Positions 15,895-23,158 of a DNA stretch of 56,282 bases are shown piece after piece (position 1 is the first letter of the stretch; each line of letters starts with the position of its first letter). Under the pieces are notes generated by a model, which had not been told where the DNA came from, ran no database searches, and saw nothing but the letters and a program-made list of their open reading frames with translations. A program made the position numbers and the translations under genes. Source of the DNA: Patescibacteria group bacterium. GTDB taxonomy: Bacteria > Pseudomonadota > Alphaproteobacteria > Micavibrionales > Micavibrionaceae. The DNA lies in the NCBI GenBank assembly GCA_035494535.1, contig DATJGZ010000082.1, positions 1 to 56,282 on the forward strand, read 5' to 3'.

Positions 15895-18800
15895 ATGTCA
15901 GATAATTCCGGGATTCAGAAAGGCGCAAAACCGAAAAAGCAATTTTCCAAGATACTTATTTTAAGTCTTTCATTTCTAATGCTGGTATTAGCCAGTCTTG
16001 GCCTGGTTAATCGATATTCTTCCAAGCCGCTGCCTTTTCCACTGCTAAAGGTTTTAGCACATCTTGGAGTTGCGGACGCCCAGAGGGCGATAGGCGAAAT
16101 GTACCTGTATGGATTTGGGGTCGATAAGGCTTTTAATGTCTACCCGATAAACAGCGTGAGCATAAACTATCCGGAAGCCTTCAAATGGTTTCAGTTAGCA
16201 ACAAGGAATGGAAACCTCCGCGGCGAGAGCAGGCTCGCGCTAATGTATGCTGGTGGCAAAGGTATCCCGGCAAACGTGGCCGAAGCGGTACGCCTTTGGC
16301 ATGACGGTGCTGATAAGGGCTATTCCCTGGCGCAATACAATCTCGGCGTCATGTACGCGAAGGGCGAGGGCGTTCCTCAAGATTATAACGAGGCAAGGAA
16401 ATGGTATACGAAGGCTGCTGAACAGAATCAGCCCCTTGCCGAAATGCAGCTTGGCCAGATTTATGATAATGGCTGGGGTACGAAGCGGGATTACAGCGAG
16501 GCCATGAAATGGTATCGCAAGGCCGCTCAACAGGGTGTGCCGGGTGCCCAATATCTTCTGGGGTATATGTACGACCATGCTAACGGCGTGGAACAGGATA
16601 ACGCCCAAGCAAGAGATTGGTATCAGAAAGCCGCACAAAATGGCGAGGAAGCCGCCCAGTTCAATCTTGGCATTCTTTACGAGACCGGAAGAGGCGGTGC
16701 CAAGGACTATGAAGAGGCCGCTAAATTATATAGTGCGGCCGCCGCGCAAGGCGTGGCCGACGCACAATTCAACCTTGGCGTATTTTATCAACTGGGCCGC
16801 GGCGTCAAGAAGGATTACGCTGTGGCCATGGACTGGTTTCAAAGAGCGGCAGCTCAGGGGCTCTGGCAGGCCAAATACAACATCGGCATGTTGTATTACA
16901 CCGGTAGTGGCGTAAAAACCGATTACCAAGAGGCTGCAAAGTGGTTCCGCGAAGCGGCTGGCGACGAATGGGCATCTGATGCGCAATACGCCCTTGGGTT
17001 GCTTTATATTAAAGGGCGCGGTGTTCCCCAAGATTACACGGCTGCTGCGCACTTCCTCCAACAGGCCGTCGATCATGGTGACAAACAGGCACAAAAATTA
17101 CTGCCTGAAGTTAATGAAATCATCAAAATAACCCCTAAAGATGACGCTGAAGCAGAGGTGGGCGGCCTTGATAAGGCAATCGAACATGGCAAAGCCGGTG
17201 AATATAAACTGATCGTCTATGAGAATTTGGTATTCAACAAAATAAACGACCACATGTCTGCCGGCGGACTCAATCATTCTGCGTTCGACGTTGACTGCGA
17301 TTATTTCAATTTTATTGAGAACCAAAAGAAAATCACCCGAATATGGAGCGATCCTGACACATTTCCCGAGACACTGTTAAAGCAGGAAGCGACATACAAT
17401 TTGACTCTGGCGCTCCTGCCCGATTTTCCCTATCCACATTTGTGCCATGTAAAAGATTCCCCGGAAGCGACTCGGGCCGTGGAAAAAATCCTTTCACGTC
17501 TCGGCATATCCCGCGGCGAATATGATGCGAGACGGCTAGCCGTCGAGAATTCATCGATTTTTACGGCATCCTTTTTCGGCCACATTGATGCAATTAGAAA
17601 ACACATTGCTGATCTAAATCAGGTCGACGAATTTCATCTTACTGCTCTTAAATACGCTTATATGGGCCAGCAGTTGGATGCCTTCAGGTTCCTTCTCGAT
17701 CATGGTGCCAATACCGGTAGCAACGCATCGTTGTTGCATTCGAAACCTGCTCTGGTCGGTTTCCAGGACAATGAAAACCTGTCGACCTGGCTTCTGCTTC
17801 CGATCCACTACCCGAGCAGCCGCCCATTTTTTGATCTTCTTCTGCAGTCCAAGCCTAAGCTGGATAAGCAAGGTATGAGTTTTGTTGTCAGGTATGCCGA
17901 ACCGGATCTTCTTGTTAAGCTTTTGGACTTAGGAGCCCCACTGCCTCGAATGCTGGACACAGACTTTCGCAGACCCCAAGCATTTGAAATCATAAAAACG
18001 CTTGTGAGTAGGGGGGCGTCAATTGCAAAGGAAGAAAATCCGAGCGACTTTATTGGCGGTCCTACTCAGTCTTTAGCCTGTGCAGCAATCATGGCCGGGC
18101 GTAACGAGATTCTAAAGTATCTGCTTGAACATGGGGCATCGCCAAATGGCTCGGCAAACCACATTCCCTTGTTTTGTGCGACGGAGGGCATCGACCTCAT
18201 CCAAAAGGGTCGAAACTATGAGATGGGTCCCCCCGTTCCTATAAGTTTAGATACGTTGGCCATTCTTCTAGATGCCGGCGCCGACCCAACACTTAAGGAC
18301 AGGAAGGGACATCATCTCCTTGAAAGCCTCTTGAACCCGAATGAACGGGCAAAAGTAGAGAAATTCCTGGCGGATCGGCATATAGATCTAATGGCGTTGG
18401 CTGCGGAGAAGGAAAAGAAAATAGCCGCCACAATTCGCTCGATGCCGATCGAAGACAAAGCGCGACAATGCACGTTGTTTAAATATTCCTCATATTGGTA
18501 TCTAGACTACGTCATTCCGGAACAATATCCGGAGGATCCCAAAAGGTTCTTCTCACGCAATTTTGACGAAGCGATCAGGCTCTGCCGTGAGGCAAAAGAA
18601 GCAGGAAATGCCGACGCTATAAAGTATCTTCCAACACTCCTCCAAAGAAAGGCCGAAATTATTATAGATACGCGCGATACAGCACACTATCCTGAAGCAA
18701 TATCTTTATATCGCGAAGCAGCTGAAACGGGATATCGCCCTGCAATTAGAGGACTTGCGGGATGCTATATGAGTGATCGATGCGGAATGAAAGAGGATTT

Positions 18801-18945
18801 TAAAGAAGCATATTTCTGGCAATTTTTGGATAATGAAAACCAAACCTATTATTTCGCCGCGACTAAACTGACGCCGGCTGACATAGATGTGGAGCAGAAA
18901 CGGGTGGCCGTATGGAAAAACTCGCACCCGAAAGTTCACGACTGA
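15895..18945 (+). CDS. Membrane-anchored Sel1-repeat / ankyrin-repeat fusion protein (1016 aa)
   Basis: TM helix ILILSLSFLMLVLASLGLV. About nine consecutive Sel1 units. Central ankyrin-like units (LTALKYAYMGQQLDAFRFLLDHGANT, ACAAIMAGRNEILKYLLEHGASPN, LAILLDAGADPTLKDRKGHHLL). C-terminal Sel1 unit with an EAYFW cap. Confidence 0.9.
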   Translation: MSDNSGIQKGAKPKKQFSKILILSLSFLMLVLASLGLVNRYSSKPLPFPLLKVLAHLGVADAQRAIGEMYLYGFGVDKAFNVYPINSVSINYPEAFKWFQLATRNGNLRGESRLALMYAGGKGIPANVAEAVRLWHDGADKGYSLAQYNLGVMYAKGEGVPQDYNEARKWYTKAAEQNQPLAEMQLGQIYDNGWGTKRDYSEAMKWYRKAAQQGVPGAQYLLGYMYDHANGVEQDNAQARDWYQKAAQNGEEAAQFNLGILYETGRGGAKDYEEAAKLYSAAAAQGVADAQFNLGVFYQLGRGVKKDYAVAMDWFQRAAAQGLWQAKYNIGMLYYTGSGVKTDYQEAAKWFREAAGDEWASDAQYALGLLYIKGRGVPQDYTAAAHFLQQAVDHGDKQAQKLLPEVNEIIKITPKDDAEAEVGGLDKAIEHGKAGEYKLIVYENLVFNKINDHMSAGGLNHSAFDVDCDYFNFIENQKKITRIWSDPDTFPETLLKQEATYNLTLALLPDFPYPHLCHVKDSPEATRAVEKILSRLGISRGEYDARRLAVENSSIFTASFFGHIDAIRKHIADLNQVDEFHLTALKYAYMGQQLDAFRFLLDHGANTGSNASLLHSKPALVGFQDNENLSTWLLLPIHYPSSRPFFDLLLQSKPKLDKQGMSFVVRYAEPDLLVKLLDLGAPLPRMLDTDFRRPQAFEIIKTLVSRGASIAKEENPSDFIGGPTQSLACAAIMAGRNEILKYLLEHGASPNGSANHIPLFCATEGIDLIQKGRNYEMGPPVPISLDTLAILLDAGADPTLKDRKGHHLLESLLNPNERAKVEKFLADRHIDLMALAAEKEKKIAATIRSMPIEDKARQCTLFKYSSYWYLDYVIPEQYPEDPKRFFSRNFDEAIRLCREAKEAGNADAIKYLPTLLQRKAEIIIDTRDTAHYPEAISLYREAAETGYRPAIRGLAGCYMSDRCGMKEDFKEAYFWQFLDNENQTYYFAATKLTPADIDVEQKRVAVWKNSHPKVHD

Positions 18946-18953
18946 ATGTGCCC

Positions 18954-18979
18954 AATGTGATAATATCTTTTATGAATAT
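18954..18979 (+). promoter_or_regulatory. Island motif copy: AATGTGATAATATCTTTTATGAATAT
   Basis: Starts 8 nt after the stop at 18943-18945. TGTGATAAT at 18956-18964. The next start codon is at 18980. Confidence 0.6.
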
Positions 18980-19489
18980 ATGAAAGATTCCGTAGCCGAA
19001 CGTTTTCGACTAGCAGTTTATTTACTCATCGCCTGCGGTGTCATTTGGCTTGGTAAAGTTATCTTTCACACATTTGTATCACCGGCAACGCCTCGCACGA
19101 TCGGGGAAAAAACTGAGCAATGCGATTTTGCTCTTCAATACACTGCCTTTGAGGCATTTAGTCTGTACATCAATAGGGAAGGGGCGTACACGTCGAAGGA
19201 TTTTAAAGAAGCGTTCGGATGGTGCGAACAAGCTGCCAACGCAGGAAGTCCCTTGGCGCAGGCTACATTGGCGGAGCTCTACGATATGAGTTCGCAGACC
19301 GGCGGAGTACCAAAGGACGATGCAGAAGCATATTTTTGGCTGTCATTGGCGCAAAAATCCAATCCTGCAGTGATCCCAAAAGTAACTAATTTGACTATAG
19401 GATATCTTCGAAAGCAGCTTACAAAGGATCAGATCGCAATTGTTGACCGTCGAGTACAAAATTGGAAGCCAGTCAGAAACGCGATGTGA
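18980..19489 (+). CDS. Membrane-anchored Sel1-repeat protein (169 aa)
   Basis: I chose the ATG at 18980 (MKDSVAERFRLAVYLLIACGVIWLGK) because the ORF-track start at 18887 overlaps the upstream gene. Contains a Sel1 unit and an EAYFW...LTKDQI...W cap. Confidence 0.75.
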   Translation: MKDSVAERFRLAVYLLIACGVIWLGKVIFHTFVSPATPRTIGEKTEQCDFALQYTAFEAFSLYINREGAYTSKDFKEAFGWCEQAANAGSPLAQATLAELYDMSSQTGGVPKDDAEAYFWLSLAQKSNPAVIPKVTNLTIGYLRKQLTKDQIAIVDRRVQNWKPVRNAM

Positions 19490-19508
19490 TAATAACTATT
19501 ACGACTAT
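19483..19508 (+). promoter_or_regulatory. Island motif copy: GATGTGATAATAACTATTACGACTAT
   Basis: Overlaps the TGA stop (19487-19489) of the upstream gene. TGTGATAAT at 19485-19493. The next ATG is at 19511. Confidence 0.6.
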
Positions 19509-19510
19509 AG

Positions 19511-19795
19511 ATGGAAACCAAAAATCAAAAGCAGACTAAAGAGCCTTTGCCTTTATCGACGCAGATTGTACTCGGTCTGGTACTTGGCGGATTAGCTTTC
19601 TTTACGTACCAGATGCTCCGTCTACGGCCTGTTCAGGTTCGAAGCGATGATCCTCCATGTCTCTACTGGGTCGGCAAGGTTGGAGCCAACTGCAAACAAA
19701 CTAGAACCGGTCAATGTCAGCACTGGCAGGATGAGCTTAATAAATGCCTAGAGAGCGTGAAAATCCGCGAAGAGAAACGTAACGACACTCGTTGA
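19511..19795 (+). CDS. Small membrane protein with a Cys-containing C-terminal tail (94 aa)
   Basis: TM helix IVLGLVLGGLAFFTY. Four Cys in the tail. No SD. Confidence 0.5.
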   Translation: METKNQKQTKEPLPLSTQIVLGLVLGGLAFFTYQMLRLRPVQVRSDDPPCLYWVGKVGANCKQTRTGQCQHWQDELNKCLESVKIREEKRNDTR

Positions 19796-19833
19796 TAGGC
19801 ATTGCTAACGGGGCAAACATAGCTTGGAATGCC

Positions 19834-19857
19834 GATGGATAATGTATCTTCTGAATA
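19834..19857 (+). promoter_or_regulatory. Island motif copy (degenerate): GATGGATAATGTATCTTCTGAATA
   Basis: Last copy, at the right island edge. A TTTTACGATATGAAT half-site follows at 19880-19894. Confidence 0.4.
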
Positions 19858-19907
19858 CTTCATCCGAATACCTCACTCATTTTACGATATGAATTAATTC
19901 CTATTCG

Positions 19908-19916
19908 TGCTATAAT
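19908..19916 (+). promoter_or_regulatory. Perfect extended -10 element TGCTATAAT with no ORF downstream
   Basis: Exact TGnTATAAT. Downstream are only an imperfect hairpin (19939-19963), a T7 run (19974-19980) and non-coding sequence. Confidence 0.3.
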
Positions 19917-20280
19917 CCGCATTGGTGATTTACATGGACCGGAATGGGCTGAATGCCATCCGGGCCGGAGGAATTTTTTTGCATCCGCACGAAAGGGCGG
20001 TGACGGAAATTTGAGCAAACGAACTGATATAAAACGCTGCTGCGGCGACCGGAACGGGAAAAACGCACATCGTGGCCCGGCGCCAATTAACTGCTTGAAT
20101 TTTCAGGAGCGAGAGGCAGCGGATTTTTTAAATTTCGACGAACGAACTGAACAGAATTTTTTGCGCCAGCGGAAAATGCACATTCTCAATTTTGTCATTC
20201 TGAGGCCGGAGGCCGAAGAATCTCTCTCTCAAAAAAAGGAAACTCCTCGCTTCGCTGAAGGTAACGCTGTTATCCGCACA

Positions 20281-21117
20281 TCACGCTATCTTGGGAACCA
20301 GGCCGCGGATGAAATTGGGCAGGCCCAGAGACGCCTCGATAATTTCGGCCCGGTTGCTGTAGATCGCCGGATTGTGCTCGATCCCGCCGGGGTCTTCCGG
20401 CCCGTGGTCGATGTCGATGATCCTGCCGCGGCTAGCGCCGAGCGCAAAGATCTGCGGCAGCAGGTCGCCCTTCATCTTCAGCACCGTCACATTCTCGCGC
20501 ATCTTCTGGATCATGGTGTCGAGGCCGTGCGCGGGGGCGACGGATGTGGGCTCGTTCTTCGCGCGTTCATTGAAAATCTGCGCCAGCTGGCGGTCGGAAA
20601 TGCCCAGATCGGCGAACACGGTCGCTTTGGCGTCGTATTTTGCGGCCAGATAATTGCTGAACATGGTGCCCATCGAGAACCCGCCGATCTCCATGTCCTT
20701 GACCGCGGGGTTATTCATCGTCTCAAAATAGGCGTTCTCGGCGTTTTTGTGCTCGGCCGAATAGCCGTTCATGTGGCCCTGCGCTATCGTCCAGACATGC
20801 TTGAGGAACCGGAAGCGGCCGCCGCCCTGATCCGAAAACGGCCGGTCCATGCCCTTGTAGAGAAGAACGGCGTGACCGTCGTCGCGGTTGATAAACGATG
20901 CGGCGACGAAGCCGGTATCCTTGTCCTCATAGCGCTTCAACAGCTCGAATTTGTGAGCGCTGCCATCCTCATAGGCGACGCTCATGCTGGTTTGCCCCTT
21001 GTCGAAATAGCTGTAATAAAGGTCCGTGGCGTAAAGGGGGCTGAGGCGGCGCACGTTTTTGTCGGCAGCGGAGGCTGGGAAGGCGTTGGCAGAGGCACTC
21101 GGCGTTACAGTTGACAT
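20281..21117 (-). CDS. Class-3-lipase-like alpha/beta hydrolase (GxSxG), no signal peptide, no cysteine
   Basis: TGFVAASFINRDDGHAVLLYKG followed by the nucleophile elbow IGGFSMGT (GFSMG). GC-rich third codon positions. I chose the ATG at 21117 because the AT-rich extension to 21210 looks non-coding. Confidence 0.75.
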   Translation of the reverse strand: MSTVTPSASANAFPASAADKNVRRLSPLYATDLYYSYFDKGQTSMSVAYEDGSAHKFELLKRYEDKDTGFVAASFINRDDGHAVLLYKGMDRPFSDQGGGRFRFLKHVWTIAQGHMNGYSAEHKNAENAYFETMNNPAVKDMEIGGFSMGTMFSNYLAAKYDAKATVFADLGISDRQLAQIFNERAKNEPTSVAPAHGLDTMIQKMRENVTVLKMKGDLLPQIFALGASRGRIIDIDHGPEDPGGIEHNPAIYSNRAEIIEASLGLPNFIRGLVPKIA

Positions 21118-21178
21118 AAGCAAAAAATATAGAAAATCGATTAATGCAAAGTTAATAAAGTAGAGAAAGCTGTAACTA

Positions 21179-23008
21179 TTGGAACAGGAAGGACAAAATC
21201 GGGAAAACACGGTGGAGCCCAGGCCGCTTCTGGTCTATGACGGCGATTGCGGATTCTGCAAGTACTGGGTCAATTACTGGGACCGGATGACGCAAGGTCG
21301 CGTGGCTTACGAGCCTTTTCAGACGGCTGCCGCCCGCTATCCGGCCATCCCCGAAAATGCCTTCAAAAAAGCGGTGCAGTACATCACGCCCGACGGCCAT
21401 TACGCCAGCGCCGCCGAGGCCAGTTTTCTCGTGCTCAGTCACGCGCCGGGGAAGGGCCACTGGCTGGCGCTCTACCGCCGCTTTCCGCTTTATGCGTGGT
21501 TTTCCGAACGCGTCTATGAATTCGTCTCGCGCCGTCGCGGCCTGTTCTATGCCATCAGCAAGTTCCTGTGGGGGCCGGACCTGCGCCCGCCCCGGCATGA
21601 GATGATGTCGTGGCTGTTCCTGCGGCTGTTCGGCCTGATCGCGCTCTCGGCTTTTATGTCGTTCGGCGTGCAGGCGATGGGGCTGATCGGCAGCGGCGGC
21701 ATTACGCCGCTGCACGATTTTGTCTCGGCGGTGACCGAGCAGATCGGCGGCGCGCGCTGGCTGCTGGCGCCGATGGTGTTCTGGTGGAACGACAGCGACG
21801 CGGCGATTCAGGCCGTGTGCTGGGCCGGCGCGGCGTTCTCGGTGCTGTTGACGCTGGGCGCGCTGCCGCGCCTGAGCCTGTTTATGATCTACGCGCTCTA
21901 TCTCTCGCTGGTCTATGGCGGCCAGACTTTCATGACCTATCAATGGGACATCTTCATCGTCGAGACCGCGTTCGCGGCGCTGCTGCTGGCGTTCGTCACG
22001 ACGCCGGGATTGTGGATTTTGCGCTGGCTGCTCTTCCGTTTCATGTTCCTGTCAGGCTGCGTGAAGCTTCTGAGCATGGATCCGAACTGGTGGAATTTGC
22101 ACGCGCTCGAATATCACTTCCTGACCCAGCCGCTGCCAACGCCGCTGGCGTGGTACGCGGCGCAGATGCCGCCGGGCGCGCTGCATGTCCTGTGCGGGGT
22201 CGTGTTCGTCGTGGAAATGCTGTTGCCCTTCCTGATCTTCGCGCCGCGGCGGCTGCGGTTCGCGGCGGCCGTCGGCTTCATGGGGCTCGAGATTGCCATT
22301 TTCCTGACCGGCAACTACAACTGGTTCAACCTGCAAACGATGCTGCTGTGCCTGCCGCTGCTGGACGATCAGGCGCTGGAATCCCTAATGCCGCGCAAAT
22401 TTTTTGCCTTTGTCTCCGCGCATGCGCCCGTGCGGCAGCCGAACATATATACGCGGCGCATCGTGCTCGGCATTTCGGTGCTGATCATATTTTGCTCGCT
22501 GGTGCAGACGAGCATGCGCTTCGGCGAGCGTCCGCCGGGTGCGTTCATGGCGATCAACCACATGGTCGGGCCGTTGCAAATCGCGAATACCTACGGGCTG
22601 TTTGCCGTGATGACGACGGCGCGCAACGAGATCGTGGTCGAGGGATCGGATGACGGGCAGAACTGGAAGGAATATGAATTCAAGTACAAACCGGGCGACC
22701 TGACGCGCCGGCCGCCCTGGAACATTCCCCACCAGCCGCGGCTTGATTGGCAGATGTGGTTCGCGGCGCTCGAGGATCCGCGCGATCTGCCATGGTTCCG
22801 CCAGTTTCTGCGGCGGCTGCTCAAAAACGCGCCCGCCGTTACCGCGCTGCTGGCGAAGAATCCATTTCCCGATCATCCGCCGCGTTTCGTGCGGGCGCAA
22901 TTCTACGACTACACTTTCGCGACGCCGGCCGAGCACGCCAAGGGAATCTGGTGGGACCGGCAGTACCTGAAGGTGTGGTTCCCGATTGCGCAGTTGCGGC
23001 ATGACTGA
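21179..23008 (+). CDS. DCC1-like thiol-disulfide oxidoreductase fused to a lipase maturation factor (LMF) family membrane domain
   Basis: N-terminus is LLVYDGDCGFCKYWVNYW (DUF393/DCC). The C-terminal part, NTYGLFAVMTTARNEIVVEGSDDGQNWKEYEFKYKPGDLTRRPPWNIPHQPRLDWQMWFAAL, matches LMF. The start is uncertain: TTG at 21179 or GTG at 21212. Confidence 0.85.
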   Translation: MEQEGQNRENTVEPRPLLVYDGDCGFCKYWVNYWDRMTQGRVAYEPFQTAAARYPAIPENAFKKAVQYITPDGHYASAAEASFLVLSHAPGKGHWLALYRRFPLYAWFSERVYEFVSRRRGLFYAISKFLWGPDLRPPRHEMMSWLFLRLFGLIALSAFMSFGVQAMGLIGSGGITPLHDFVSAVTEQIGGARWLLAPMVFWWNDSDAAIQAVCWAGAAFSVLLTLGALPRLSLFMIYALYLSLVYGGQTFMTYQWDIFIVETAFAALLLAFVTTPGLWILRWLLFRFMFLSGCVKLLSMDPNWWNLHALEYHFLTQPLPTPLAWYAAQMPPGALHVLCGVVFVVEMLLPFLIFAPRRLRFAAAVGFMGLEIAIFLTGNYNWFNLQTMLLCLPLLDDQALESLMPRKFFAFVSAHAPVRQPNIYTRRIVLGISVLIIFCSLVQTSMRFGERPPGAFMAINHMVGPLQIANTYGLFAVMTTARNEIVVEGSDDGQNWKEYEFKYKPGDLTRRPPWNIPHQPRLDWQMWFAALEDPRDLPWFRQFLRRLLKNAPAVTALLAKNPFPDHPPRFVRAQFYDYTFATPAEHAKGIWWDRQYLKVWFPIAQLRHD

Positions 23009-23070
23009 TTTGCCTTTTTCGGAACCGGCCCCAACGTCTGGCGGTTGGCTGGGCGGAAAGGGAGGTTCTT

Positions 23071-23151
23071 ATGAAAGGCATGTTATTGTGGCTTGTGGGC
23101 GTTCCGCTACCGGTTGTTATTCTCCTCTATCTCTTCCACGTCATACATTAA
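23071..23151 (+). CDS. 26-aa hydrophobic micro-protein MKGMLLWLVGVPLPVVILLYLFHVIH
   Basis: Not in the ORF track (too short). Strong SD GGGAGG lies 6 nt upstream. Forms a single TM helix. Similar small ORFs are annotated in other proteobacteria, from memory. Confidence 0.5.
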   Translation: MKGMLLWLVGVPLPVVILLYLFHVIH

Positions 23152-23158
23152 AGGAGAG

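Larger units (their letters stand above)
1029..19990. other. Low-GC genomic island encoding Sel1/ankyrin repeat and orphan envelope proteins
   Basis: Composition changes directly after the VOC stop codon. Spot counts: 36/60 GC at 601-660, 22/60 at 1081-1140, 29/60 at 16381-16440. GC-rich coding resumes at about 20281. The right edge is approximate. No integrase, transposase or tRNA at either edge. Confidence 0.6.

Noticed and set aside
1029-19894. Integron-like cassette array (motif treated as attC)
   Set aside because: There is no intI-type integrase and no attI. The motif lacks the imperfect inverted core sites of attC. Copies occur on both strands, oriented toward genes. Two genes are transcribed opposite to the rest.
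20011-21114. 367-aa plus-strand ORF
   Set aside because: It is antisense to the lipase-like gene. The product is Arg/Ala/Val/Gly/His-rich with no motifs, typical of shadow ORFs in GC-rich DNA. The minus-strand frame has a GxSxG motif, GC-rich third positions and sensible composition.
21176-23002. Long ORFs overlapping the DCC-LMF gene (21176-21943 minus, 21610-22653 plus, 22385-23002 minus)
   Set aside because: These are shadow frames of a GC-rich gene. The products are Arg/Pro/Ala-rich and low in complexity. The 21179-23008 frame carries clear DCC and LMF signatures.
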